Shown: positions 1-13,667 of the stretch, piece by piece
Position numbering within the stretch: the stretch's first letter is position 1
Layout: each line of letters starts with the position of its first letter
Source: Sphaeroforma arctica JP610
Lineage: Eukaryota
NCBI RefSeq assembly: GCF_001186125.1
Contig: NW_014040444.1
Span: 112,646 to 152,309, forward strand
Direction of reading: 5' to 3'
Length of the DNA stretch: 39,664 nucleotides
Position numbers and translations under genes: made by a program
The notes under the pieces: generated by a model
The model's database searches: none
What the model saw: only the letters and a program-made list of their open reading frames with translations
What the model was told of the DNA's origin: nothing

Positions 1-220
1 GAGTGTGTGTGTGTGTGTACATGTTCAAATTAATATGTGTAATTCTCGTTATAGTTGTCTATCTTCGTGTCACATTTTTTCTTTGTTTTTGGTGTGCACT
101 GTACATACACATTAACAGCGGATCACGAGAGTGGACCAAACCTTTGCAGTCCAAGCGAAACTTTGGGGCCCTTTTGCTAATTAAGCGAATTCAAAAAGAT
201 CATTTTTATAAATATTTATG

Positions 221-254
221 CATATATTTATATATATATATATAAATCTATATG

Positions 255-286
<32 letters not shown>

Positions 287-302
287 TATATACATATATA
301 TT

Positions 303-335
<33 letters not shown>

Positions 336-386
336 GTATATGTATGTATGTATATATGCATATATATATATATAGGTATGTGTATG

Positions 387-420
<34 letters not shown>

Positions 421-424
421 TGTT

Positions 425-457
<33 letters not shown>

Positions 458-580
458 CAATATATATATATATGTATGTATGTATGTATATATATATATA
501 TACATATATGTATGTGTATGTATGTATGTATGTATGTCTGTATATATATGAATATATAATTTTATGTATATATATATATG
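221..580. repeat. Intronic (TA)n/(TATG)n/(TG)n compound microsatellite
   Basis: Directly visible. Similar tracts occur at about 3920-4170, 5970-6070, 7040-7170 and 7326-7390. Confidence 0.95.
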
Positions 581-632
581 TACATCCCTACATCCCTCTC
601 ACTTTGTACGTATTGTCCTGGTGCTCATTCAG

Positions 633-3600
633 ACAGAGCTAACCGAAGCCATCCTGAAGTACGTTGCGCTGGAGAAGGAACTTCTAGCCGATGGAAGTGA
701 CGAAAACGCCAGCACTGTGGTTTTTGTCACCAACAAGCTGCTCACGATTGCTGCCTTGTGTGATGTGGTGTGTGCCCCGTGTTGTGGCTGTGTTGCGCTT
801 ATGTGCAGGTGTGTTTGTGTTTGTCTCTCTGTGTATGTGTGTGCTTGTTTATGGATTTCATTCTCCTTGGCGTATATTTGTTTTTGTGTTGTGTCCTTGT
901 AATTGTGTATCTGAGTTGCGCGCGGAATTGTGGGCGTGTTAAGTGCCGATGCCGATGTGCTACTTGATCTATATTTACTATGTAGACAATGCGCTGGACC
1001 CGAATTCCGAGACGTAGGTATAAAGCTAGAGACCTCGCTCTTGGGTGTATTTGTGTCTCGCCTGGCAATTTTACCCAAGATTACGACTGTATGTATAATT
1101 CCGTTACCATCGTTGAGTGTGTGTGGCTGTGTGTATAATTGTACTGGATCAAAGTCAACTATGTGTCGACCAATCAGACGGTGGGAATCATCCGTGGATA
1201 CTCCACACATTGACGATTTTTTTTTACACACGCCATTATTCGCTGTACAATCAGATTGATCAGAAATCGGGCGTTTAACGAGTCTTTCAATAGGACCATT
1301 TTCATTTATTTTTTTAAGCTTGCGGAGGCTTCATTTCTATTTATTTATTGGCGGTTAGGGGGCAGGGGGGTGGGCTGCACACTGACATGCTTGAACATAT
1401 GATTTGCTGATATAGTTATTTGGTATCAGACGTCAATAGTACAATTGGCAGTACAGCCTCAGTCAAATTTACTTGCTCGTGGTCGCGGATATACCAAGTA
1501 GGCGTATACGAATGCATATATCTTTTTTCATCACAAATGCACCTGGGTTTGGGCACCCATACATTGGTATATAGAAGTCAAACTCGATCCGCGAAATACC
1601 CACGCATAGAAAACTTATAAATATCAATTGTACGCTTAGTACCTGTGTGTAACCGGTTGAGGTCACACCGAGGGGATCCTTTTCAGCTAGACTTACATAG
1701 ACAGAATATAGATACTAAGTACACGTTGATCCAATACGTGTAGGGAGATGTGGTGAGAAGGGGGGTATTTTTTAGCTGCACTGGCATGATTTTTACAAAG
1801 CATAAGATAGATGCCAAGTATCGCTAGACAATTACTCTGCATAATCGCAATAGCATCCGATGGATACTATATATCGATAGACCCACTTACGATAGATACT
1901 AAGCGAAAAATAGATAATAAGAATACGTTGTTCTAATATGTGCAGGGAGATGAGGTTGGACGAAGGTTACTATCTCAACTGGCATCGGATATGTTGGTCT
2001 CTGCAGCCACCAGCGATGTGCTCCTGCCCGCACTCGTGGACTGCATTGCACACACACACAAGAAGACAAACGATAGGATAGACGTGGTCACGGGTATGTG
2101 GTGTGTGTGTGGGTATACGAGCGCGCAACAATTTATAAACAACTAAGATTGGTATTTTCTCATGTTCATGTTTATATATATAGATATATATATATATATA
2201 TATATATAAGCATGTGTTTGTGTTTGTGTATGGAGGAGGGGGAGAGGAGTCGTGTGTGTGTCTGTATATCTGTGAGTTCGTTTGTTCCTGTGTTTGTGTC
2301 TGTGGCTGTGCATTTTCCTATGCGTTTCTGCATCATCTCATTCTCATTCCGGCAGTATATTAGAGCTTGGAAGGTGTTCTTGTGTGTATTTGATTTTCTC
2401 AGCCTTGCCAAGGCATGAATCAAAAGTATAAAGTTTGTCCTGATTTGTCTTCGATCTTCTCCGTCTCGTTCAAGTATCATTAATCTACCCCTAGTATTAT
2501 GTACGTGCTTGTGCGTCTACCTCTAGTATTATGTACGTGCTTTTGCGTCTACCCCTATTATTGTGTACATGCTTTTGCGTCTATCTCTAGTATTATGTAC
2601 GTGCTTATGCGCCTACCCCTAGTATTGTGTACGTGCTTTTGCGTCTACCCCTAGTATTATGTACGTGCTTATGCGTCTGTCCCTAGTATTATGTACGTGT
2701 TCATGTGTCTACCCCTAGTATTGTGTACGTGTTTATTCGTCTACCTCTAGTATTGTGTACTTGCTTATGCGTGTCATCTGATATTCTCTCCTACAGGTAT
2801 TATCCGAGAGCTAGCCGATGATAACAACTACCGCAACACAGGGGGCCTCGACACCTCGCTGGTCGTGGATACAGAGACAGACATTGCCGATTTCACAGCA
2901 GACGACAGGCAGTTCAGGTCGCTGGCTATCTGCTCATTGTTCCTGGAGAAGGTGTGTGTATAGTACGGACGTCGTGTGTGGTTTGTATTATCCGAGCTGT
3001 ATGCACCTGCCGTTGAGAGAGTGGGTGTACAGTATGGGAGCTGTTATGTACGCTGCATTAATACTTGCTGCTAGACTGGCTGTATCTGTCAATAAGGGTG
3101 GATGTGTGTCAACTTGCGTGGTGGTGGATACAGAGACAAGCATCGCCGACTTCACGACAGACGGTAGGCAGTTCAGGTCGCTGACTATCTGCCCACTGAT
3201 CCTGGAGAACACAGGGGATCATATTATATTTTGATTGAAGTTCTTGCCCTTGCTGTAGTAAGACTATTTGACCCAATCCGATGCGTACATTGTGTTGTTT
3301 AGGATTGTGTGCTTGTTGGAGAATCTGAGTGTGTGTTAGCATATATACATAACGTATGACCGTACCTTCTTCCGATTATTAAAACTGAAACTGGTAAGAG
3401 TATTTGCTCATGTATATAAGGTACGATTCACATCTTGTGCGTGGTTCTTCCGGTAGTTAACACCCAGCGACTACATCAACCACGGCGAAAGGAGTTGGCC
3501 ATCAATCTCATTCTGCCCCTGATTCAGAACCAACCCCAACGCACTATTTTATTTTACTTATATATGCATGTACATAGTTCATCGTTCTCGAGAGAGAGAT

Positions 3601-4114
3601 ATATATATATATATACGCGTAGAATGTATACAAAATATCTTCGATTTATGACTCTGAGCAAGATACCATATCCTGTCACCAGACCCGGCGACTAAACATC
3701 AACCACGGCGAGATGAGTGCATTGATCGACAACCTTATTCTGCCGGGGATTCAGAACCACAACACGTTTATACGTGAGCAAGCTATCCGTAGCCTGGGTC
3801 TGTGCTGTGTAATTAACCCGGAGTTCGGACGAGACTATCTTCTTCTGCTGCTACAGGTTGCTGAGAACGATGGCCCCCGCATTCAGGTGCGTCGGGTATA
3901 GTAAAAGCTTTACAATACTGATATATATATATATATAAGAATTTGAATTTGAATTTGAATTGATGCATATAAATGCATTTAAATACATATATATTTATAT
4001 GCATATATATGCATGTATGTATTTGTACATGTACATGTATATATATGTATGTATGTATGTATATATGTGTGTGTGTGTATTTGTATTTGTCTCCATAGTG
4101 TGTGTGTATGTTTA

Positions 4115-4159
<45 letters not shown>

Positions 4160-5972
4160 ATATATATATATGTTTTATTTGTATCAATTTGATTATGTTC
4201 TACTGTGTATGTTAATCTTATCTTCGTTCTTTCAATTCTCTATATTCTTACTCACAGCTCACTGCGGTGAAGACTCTGTTTGATCTGCTGCTGGTATATG
4301 GTCCCTTAACGTTAGGCGTATCATCCGCGCACGTAGAAAGTGATCGCAAGCGAGAGCAACAAGCCGATGTTATTAGAGAGTCCATGAACAATATGTCGCT
4401 CATGGAAAACGACCTAGAAGCTCTCGGTATGGCTATGCGTATTGCACATATTTGTGCATGTGTATTATGCATATATGTTTTAATTTGTAAATGGATTTCA
4501 TGCATATATGTAAATTTTTGCATATGAGTTTGATGCAAATATGTAAATTTGTGTGTAAGAGTATTATATGTTTTTGTAAATTTGTGCACGAGTATTATGC
4601 ATATATGTAAATTTGTTCGTATGAGTTTTATGCATATATATATATTTGTGTATATGAGCATTAGTCATATATGTGAATTTGTGCACTTTTGTTAAGCATA
4701 TATGCAATTTTGTAAATATGAGTTATATGCGAATATGTAAATTTGTGTATACGAGTACTATGCATATATGTAAATCTCTGCATATGAGTATTATTCATAT
4801 GTGTGATTTTCCGTATACAAGAGTTATGCATATTTGTATATTTGTACACAAGTATAATTCATATATGTAATAATTTGCTCGAGTATTTTGCATATATGGA
4901 TCTTTCCGTATATGAGTTTTATGCATATATGTATATTTGTATACGAGTATTATGCATATATGTATATTTCCGTATTTGTATATTGCATATATGTATATTT
5001 TCGTATACGAGTGCTATGCATATATATATATATTTCCTTATATATACACCTATAGGTATATCAGTAGACACAATCGCCTGTGTGGTTACTATCATATGAA
5101 GCTAAGCACACGCACCAACCTGCCCACATGCAAACGCACGCGTCACTGTACGTATGGAATGCAGACGACTATGCCGAGAATGTGCCGGAAACAGAGTTTC
5201 AGAATTATCTGTGAACACAGCGATCAAAACATACAAGACATAGATCATGATTTCGTTAATGTTTTTGCAGAGATAGTCAAACTGGTACGCACATGCGTTT
5301 GTACCGATACATGTCTATACGCAATTTGAATAGTTCCTAACTCACCCACACCCACACTCACACCCACACCACACCCACACAACATCCACGCATACACATC
5401 ACTGCACATGCGGAGCGGAATAGAGCATATCCAAATATACGTTAGACACATCAACAGGAGGGGACACAACAACGATCATGACATGCATTCCCATCCTCTT
5501 CATATTCTCCTCAGCCGCGCTAGTGCTAAGTGTGTGCACCGGTTACACATGCGTCTATACTATACCAAGGCATGTCTGTGCACAACCAGTATATTCAATA
5601 TCACACCCACACCCACACTCACTCTCACTCTCACTCTCACATTCACACCCACACCCACATCGCTACACGTGCACAGGAGACAAAGACACCGGCGAGAATG
5701 AGTCAGACACAGAAGCTACAGTGGATACAACGATCAAGACTTACATTCCCATCCTGTTTAATCTGTTACAAAGCGACACTGCCGAGATGCGCACCGTAGC
5801 CGCGGAGGGGTTTGCGAAGCTGTTACACACTAATCACTTGGCCAGTCACACCGTGTTTGCTGCGTTGATGGTGCTGTATTTCAATCCCATGTCTAGCGAC
5901 GACCAGAGGTTACGACAGGTATGAGTTATGGTGCGCGTAAGTTAGTCACCATTTGTATCGATACACATTATT

Positions 5973-6015
<43 letters not shown>

Positions 6016-6361
6016 ATATATATATGTGTGTGTGTGTGTTGTGTGGGTGCGTATTTGTATATATATAAAGATGTATGTGTGCGTATGTGTATACTAAAGT
6101 ACCTTCCATACAGTCCTGGGCGTGCTCTTCGCTGGCATTGCATTCGCATTTACGCTGTCCATTACGATGGTATTAAGAACATAATGAGTTATATTGCTCT
6201 ACGCTAACTTGCATATTGTACGTTTTTTTTTTAACCATAGAGTGCCTGTGCGTGTTTTCTTCAGCGTTTAGCACCTCTTTCGTACCTAGAACATCCTTTT
6301 CAATATTCTATAGTTCACGCACTGGTTCATGTCAACAAATGGTATCTATTACACGCAATTC

Positions 6362-6397
<36 letters not shown>

Positions 6398-7325
6398 GTG
6401 TATTATTATATTATTATATTTATGTGTATATATGCTTGCATATCTACAATACAGTGTCTGGGCGTGTTCTTCCCTGAGTTTGCATTTGCCACAGCGCGTC
6501 CGGTGGCCGATAAGTCGCTCGCACACCAGGCCATCATCGAGCGGTCTTTTCTGCAAATCATGAACACATTACTCGACGCTCCTCGACGGTCACCTCTCTA
6601 TGAAGGTACGCTTTGTATCCGTGCACATAATTGTGAGTGTGTTTATGTGTCTGTGTGTTTGTACTTGTACGGTGACGTTGGCCTGCATGTGTTCTTGTGC
6701 ATGCGATCATTCCTGTACGTATTGAACACACTGCTAGAGTCTCCTATACGGTCGCTTTTATTTCAAGGTACGCTTGAATACGTGTATGTGTAATTGTATG
6801 ATGGGTTTTGGCAATGTGTTGTGTGTGTTTGTATGCGTGATCATTCCTTCACAGCATTAATAAGGACTTATCGGCGGACGCCTTTTCACGAAGTAATTTT
6901 GGTCGATGTGTGTGTGCTTGCCTCTAGTTGCGGGTATTCCTGTATATAATGAATGCCTGCTGGAGGTCATTGACGGGACCTCTTGGTATTTGTATACGAC
7001 TGTTCAAGTGTTGATAATTGGATGCGAGTTCATATTATATATAAATATGTGTGTGTGTGTGTCTGTGTGTCTGTGTCTGTATGTATGTATGTATGAATAT
7101 ATGTATATACATATGTATATGTATGTATATATATATGTATATTTGTTTTTATGTTTATATGTATATGTATAAATTGAAATATGACTGTTGGCGTGCATTC
7201 TAATTGAACGGCTGTTGGCGTGTTGATGACTGCCTGTCAACGTTTACCCGTGTAGTGCATGCACAATATTATGTACATGTGTGTGTGTGGACGTGGTCAT
7301 ATCTGCACATCATCATGACGTGAAC

Positions 7326-7392
<67 letters not shown>

Positions 7393-9824
7393 TTGTCTGA
7401 CCTACCATTTCTCCAGCGAACGAGCTCTCAAAACACTTACCCTGCCATTTCTCCAGTGAACGAATATCAAGTGGGTGCGTATCTGCTATACCTGACGAGC
7501 CCTGAGCAACTCAACCAGAACAATCCCAACTACTCCTCGGGTGCCAGTCTGTTTGAGGCGCACCACGCACTCGCCATTGTAAGTGCGTGTGACTCTCGCT
7601 TGTACATGTGTGCACATGCTTGTCTTGTATAACCAAATAGCCAGAGCAGCTCGCTGCATACCAGAAAGGGACACTCGTACACATGATAGGAACCGTCCCA
7701 TACTCGAGCAATTTGTGTATCAGTATTTGGTTTAAACATGTACTATATTTGGGCGTCTATCTGTTTAATGCAAGCCACTCACTTGCCGTTGTATTTATCC
7801 ACTTCTCAATAGTGCCGACACCTACACGCGTGAACGTATTGTACCTGTATTTAAATCGAGGAAAACATTTTTGATCATCGCCTAACATAGTTTGTTGTTC
7901 GTTTGTTTCCACACCTAGACCATTGCCAATGAGTGCTTACACGCTGCCAAGGATGGGGATAACTACTACATGAAGCTGTGGTCCAAGTTGCTGAATGTGA
8001 TAGAGATCGAGCACGAGAACCAGCAACTGGTAAAGGCCATGCGCGTGATCATCGCCGATCTGAGGAAGGAGTGCAATGACAGTGTTGCACAGAAACAACT
8101 GCAAAGGGTAGGCATGCACGTGTTTGGGATTTTCCGCTCGCGTTGGTGATAATTATGTGATACACTAGATACCAGAAAGGTGTGTCTGCGAGCGGTTTGT
8201 CGTACAATTTTACCATCGCTTTGATATACATGTACATGCTCGTGCTGGAGATCACTAAAGTTGTCGTAGTGAAGTGCACCGTAGTGAGAACAAATGGCAG
8301 GAAACGACACTCCCGTAATTCGTGTACTTGTCAGGGTTCATAACTAATGGTAATAATACCGTTATGAGCGTGTTAAATCATCTCAATGTTTGATAGGAAC
8401 TTCGAAGGATACCTTTTTATCATAGTCTATGTGTGTATACCGTGGCTCAGAATGCATAGATCATGCATTGCATAAATATCCTGTGGGATTACCCCGCCTG
8501 TAGTCGAGGCGACACGGAATCCACCTACTTCAGTGTTACCAGAACGTTTGTTCATGTCTCAGAGATTGGATCTTAAAAACTCATCAGGAAAGAAATGCTC
8601 TGGCAACACAGGTGCATTTGAAACGAAACCAACGCCTATCTCACATGGAGTGTATCGTATTGGCTGTTTTGTATTTTGACGTGTCAGTGTCAGTGCTACC
8701 TTCAATTCGATTTAGGCCGCACATGTCTGCTATCCTAACATCTATCGCCAAGCTCGTGTCTTAAACGAAAACCACACTATCTTCATATGTCATGTAGTCC
8801 AATTAGTTTTGAACCCCGATTGGAAAATACCCAACCTACACCTCCACCTCTGATGTACACAGAGTGCACACCAACTAGCCGACTACGATCAAACACCGGA
8901 CGACTGGATATCGCGCAGTGACATTGAGGGACTGTTTGATAACCTGCTCAAGGGTCTCGATCGAGCCTTCTTGGATGGTGTAGACGAAGTGCTCGCCACA
9001 ACGGCCAATACGGACGGGTCTGTGAAGCGCACCTTACGCGCACGTTCAGTGAAGGCGCCGACGAAGACAGACAACAGGTATAGACGTGATACGTGTGTTA
9101 CAGGTAGATGGGGTTATGAGTTGGATCTCTATTGAGACTTGAGGTAACTTAAGGTCGTGTGTAAATGGTTTGGATGCATTCTTTCCTCACGGTGGGATGC
9201 TGAAGTGTGCAGCAGCGCCTGAGAAGCGTACGTTTCGCGCATGCTCGGTGAAAGCGCCGAAGTAGGTTGATAACAGGTATAGGTGTTGTAACGTGTAACA
9301 GTTTTTTAAGATCATATATTAAAACTTCCGGAGAAGTGTGATGGGTTTAGGGTTTAGGGCTGGTGTAATGGTAGCACCAGAAATACAAATGCCTTGTGCA
9401 CCGATTTATTGGACAGTGTGAATGTATTTAAATGCTATACTAGTGTTATGCGCCAAATCATGTTTGGTCGTCGCACAACTTTGCTAATCAGATATTCATC
9501 TGTAGCTGCTTCAGATCTATCTAGGCATTTTACTGGCGACATGTATTGCGAGTTTTTGTTCCACGATAACACCTCGAGTGTAAAGCATGCATGTGTGTGC
9601 ATATACACAAATAAGGGTGCTCATTTAGTTGCATTCACATGCGTATATCTCAACTATATAAAAGCACTGGATTTTGCACACAATTATGTATATACAAATC
9701 CTACAGCGATTCCGAGGTGGCGAGTGATGGGGCTGATGAGAGCGATGAAGAATCTGAGAGTGAGGCGGATATACAAGAAGCTGATCTTGACGATCCCGAG
9801 AGTACAGATGAAGAAATGGCGTAG
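633..9824 (+). CDS. NCAPG: Condensin complex subunit 3 / CAP-G (HEAT-repeat, Cnd3 domain), 3' part; 5' exons lie upstream of the window
   Basis: Exons 633-767, 1946-2093, 2797-2951, 3683-3886, 4258-4426, 5677-5918, 6455-6605, 7457-7578, 7919-8107, 8863-9077 and 9707-9824 have GT-AG boundaries and join in frame to TAG at 9822-9824. Recognised CAP-G motifs: CDVGDEVGRRLL, LILPGIQNHNTFIREQAIRSLGLCC, TAVKTLFDLLLVYG, AAEGFAKLL, YFNPMSSDDQRLRQCLGVFFPEFA, DAPRRSPL, and an acidic C-terminal tail. Confidence 0.92.
2484..2771. repeat. Intronic minisatellite, 32-bp unit, about 9 copies
   Basis: Unit close to TCTACCCCTAGTATTATGTACGTGCTTATGCG, repeated head-to-tail just before the exon starting at 2797. 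Confidence 0.9.
4435..5040. repeat. Intronic degenerate minisatellite, unit about 30 bp
   Basis: Recurrent GAGTATTATGCATATATGTAAATTTGTG-like unit. Confidence 0.8.
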
Positions 9825-10312
9825 AGAATTAATGGATATATGAGCTATTAGTCAAAATATAGTGCTAACATGCCTCTTAGGCACTGATATTGGATGTCCT
9901 TGAGCAAATGTATAACGGTTACTTTTAAAGAAAATTGTATGATATAGACATACAAACCCTGAATTGTTTATGAAGTGAGATAGGTATAGAATAGATGAAG
10001 TATTGTTGATGGAAACAATTGAATTGAGGTTATATATATATATATTTATATTTATCTATATATATATATATATATATATTTTATATTTATATATATATAT
10101 ATATATATAACATAATATACATTATATCTTCCCAAAACGACACTCAACATATAATATACGTTTATAGTAATTATGGTTTCTACCCTTTTATGATATGGTA
10201 CTTAAACTACCCCTTCAGACTAGTATAATTGCTTATATCTATTCTTCAATATCGTAAATCTGCTTAACAATCCGTAATTAGATTTGTATATAGATGTAAT
10301 ATTATGATACAA

Positions 10313-10511
10313 TGGTAGAGGTATTCCTTATCCATCGCCGTGAACTAACGCATCGTGTGTCTTCCATTATTGCATCACTCGCCCCGAGCTTCTTGCGGCA
10401 GTTCGACAATCTCAACTTCCCTTCAATTTTCACAAACCTCTCCAACGAATATGAAGCCTGCTGTACATGTAGACATAAAACTTTATCCAAATTGAAATAA
10501 ATAATATTATC
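10313..10511. repeat. Dispersed repeat, copy 1 (copy 2 at 30122-30285)
   Basis: GGTAGAGGTATTC...TCCATCGCCGTGAACTAACGCA...GCATCACTCGCCCCGAGCTTCT...GTTCGACAATCTCAACTTCCCTT...CTTTATCCAAATTGAAATAAATAAT occurs at both sites in the same orientation. Confidence 0.9.
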
Positions 10512-11245
10512 CCTATAATAGGATAAGATGAATGTGGTATTCATTAAGTCCCCTCTATATAAATTGTTTTAAGAGATGTCATTAAGATAGATAAAGATGC
10601 AATAAGTCTAAGTATATAGATGTCATTAAGATTTAGATAGATGGATGTCATTTAGTTATATAATCTTATCTAATCTTATTATAGTGTTATAGTTTATATA
10701 GTCATTGCCTTTATTTATCTCGTAAAACTCTAACAGTAAAACCTAACAGTACATTAACGAGGCTATAAGGTTTGATAATTATCTAAAAACATTCTTACCC
10801 CTCCCCCTCTAATAACTAAGTAAAACATTCTAACCCCCTTCTGGATAACCTTTAAAAGTATGACTATCGGCAATCACCGGAAACTTAAAATATTCGTGTC
10901 TTTAAATAAGAATACAATATCGACACTCTTGAAAATAAAATTAAAAAATTATTATATCAACATAATAAACAAATGAAACAAGAAAGATTTAGAAAGGAAT
11001 TGAAGGATTTCTGTGATGATTTGGAAATAGATAGAAATGATATTATAACTGAATTATTAAGAATTGGAAAGATACGAAATCCCCCAATAAAAATATTTTC
11101 TTGTCTCTATCTCATATATTGTTAGATCCGGGTTATGCTAGAATGAAGAATGGGGTCTATATCCGGATTGAAACGGATTGAAAGTTTTAATTTTAAAATG
11201 AAGGGTTTGAAACAACGGTTCAAAGAGATGAGGTTTTTGTATAAA

Positions 11246-11729
11246 ATGAAGTTAATCAAGTGTAATAGATCGAACCGTTTAGTCCCGGAGGAAAAATTTG
11301 GAATAAGAGATGATGGTGAAATGAAGAAGATGTGCGAGGTTTGCTGGGTTAAACAACGGTACTGTCCTCATAATATTCGATATGTGTAAGAATTGTTCGG
11401 ATCCCGTCAAAATAACTCTGATGAGTATGATGAAATGGTCAAAAAGGTCTGATATGAATAAAGATATATATGATGCGGACAAGTTTATAGATCGTTGTTT
11501 TCTGTAACAAACTAAATACGAACAAGGGGGTAAATGTATTTATTGTAAAGTCGCCATGGAATACTATCCGGAAGAAGTTAAAAGTCTACTTACGATCTTA
11601 TGACAGGTCAATTCAATAGGTCATATGAAATCGAATTGTGCCATTGCTTGTCTCGATTGTAATGCCCAGAGGAGAGATATCTATACCCACTATAAATTCA
11701 AAAAGAAAAAATTTCAATTTGAACCTTGA
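11246..11729 (+). pseudogene. Intronless Zn-ribbon/HNH-type endonuclease remnant, of the kind seen in large DNA viruses, virophages and Polinton-like viruses
   Basis: Read across one frameshift and two stops: MKLIKC...CEVC...CPHN..CKNCSDPVKITL...SKRSD...YDADKFIDRCFL*...QGGKCIYCKVAMEY...LLTIL*QVNSIGHMKSNCAIACLDCNAQRRD. This fits the CxxC...(D)R...GH...N...CxxCN pattern. Confidence 0.65.
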
Positions 11730-12634
11730 AGAAGTAGTGAATGAACCTATTCGAACCGAAAACACGGGAACAATCGAACAACAAATATTATATCTATGTG
11801 AGAATAATATGGTTGTAGGTGAAAGTTATAAATCAATCGCTGACGATTCATTGACATTATGAAATAAAAACTCAGAGATAAAACTAAATATGTCATCGTT
11901 TGGTAGAGCACTATCCAGGATTAAAATAATAGATCCTGTCGCCCAATCGGGCTATTTTAGCCCGAATGGGCTGGTAACCGCATGACGATTATCGCATCAT
12001 GGGCGATAGCAGTTCGGTCCTTTAAATAGCCTATCACCTTTAAGAAGTAGTAAGAAGTGCGCCAAACTTCGACCGCGTCGATAGCGCAACTATAAGTCGA
12101 GACATACAAAAAGTGCTACAGCCTGTGTGCACACAACTATGTGTGATATTAAGTAGATTACAATAACTATAACCATGCCTAAGGTGCCTAAAAATGACTC
12201 GGCAGCTGCCAAACGAGTCATAGGCACCACCGTTTATGTCCGTTGGCATCATATGGACCAGAGGTACGCTCAGAATCGCTTTGGGTTACGATATAAGGAC
12301 ATCAGGTCGGAGGCGAATGTAGTGAATGCAAGTAGTACAGCATCGTCAACAGGCAGAGTTATGGTGTGGAAGATTACTGAGTGTGTATGATTTCACTGAT
12401 GGCGAGGGATATATTTACACAAAGACACAAGCGCTATCTCTTCAGACCATAGCACTGGTTCCACCTGAAGAAATAGAAGATGGTGATGCACCGGCATGCA
12501 CACAAATGCTGATTTCGGGTCCAGCACGAGCAGCATTCGCACGACACGCACTTCTGGTTCAACAACATGGATCAGAAACCCGTTATAGTTCACAGCAAAT
12601 ACGTGAAGGTGTACCCGAACACCTACAAGCCCTA

Positions 12635-12832
12635 ACAACAGATACACAACACACGCATGCACAGGCAATAACTGATACACAGCACACGCATGCCCGCGTA
12701 ACAACTGGAACACAATAAATGCATGTACACGCAACAACAGGTACACAACACACGCATGCACTCGCAACAACAGGTACACAACAAACGCATGCACACGCAA
12801 CAACAGATACACAACACACGCATGCACACGCT
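12635..12832 (+). repeat. 33-bp tandem repeat x6 (TTDTQHTHAQA-like) in the transposase N-terminal region
   Basis: ACAACAGATACACAACACACGCATGCACAGGCA-type units; one copy contains an in-frame TAA. Confidence 0.9.
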
Positions 12833-13667
12833 TCTTGATATGCATCTTCAGAAATCGACACTCATCTCGTACCTGGAGACGTGCGCATTACTAACTTATC
12901 TCATGCGCCATCAGACATTACAATGAACTTACCTCTCTCCCGAACAGGCCTGAAATGGTTGCACCATCAAGCACTTCCCTACCCTCACTTTCAGACCCAG
13001 TTGACACATACACTTTGAACTCTAACATTGACACACAGCTTAACTTAGACTTAGACATTATCAACAACGATAAAACACCCTCACACTATCTCAGTACCTT
13101 TGTGCCTGTGTATGTGACACCATCAGAACGACAAACTAGTAGTGTGACTAGTAGTGTAGATAAAATGACACAAACACAAGGAACAGAACGTGTTAAACAA
13201 AACGCATTTACTCAGACCACCCAAACACCAATAGTACGGCCTGAGTATATTGAAGCATATGGTGTTCGATGGGAATGGAAGGTGGTCAATGCAGATACAC
13301 GTCCGGAAGAAAAGCAATCATGGAAGGTCATCGCTAATAACGAGACCTTCGGTCCAAAAGATGAAATTGCGCGGGATACAATCACTTACTTCTATGCCAT
13401 GTTTCCTTTAGGCAATCTAGTAGAGACGTGTGCACTGGCGAATCTTTTGCTAGCTAAATGTAAGGATAGGAAGTATGGACATCCGTTGACGCCAGGGGAG
13501 CTATTGAGATGTTTCGGGGTCTATATGCAGTTCTTCTTCATTGATTTTAGCAAGCAGCCGTGCGGATTGTTGGCGAAGGCAGCAATGAGACCATGAGCAC
13601 CATCCGCCGTACAACTTTGGACGCTTTATGGAAGGGCAAAGGTTCGACGATATATTTCAGAGCTTGC

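Noticed and set aside
3..642. Y/I/C/V/M-rich ORFs in the ORF track, here and in other introns
   Set aside because: Translations of (TA)n/(TG)n/(TATG)n microsatellites, not genes.
2484..2771. CRISPR-like appearance of the 32-bp repeats (also the 33-bp repeats at 12635-12832)
   Set aside because: Head-to-tail units with no unique spacers, no cas genes, eukaryotic context.
9346..9359. TTTAGGG telomere-like repeats (similar at about 33706-33724)
   Set aside because: Only two units, internal; expected by chance.
11921..11935. TTAA as the piggyBac left target site
   Set aside because: Not followed by a C-rich TIR start, and no matching right TIR/TTAA could be found.
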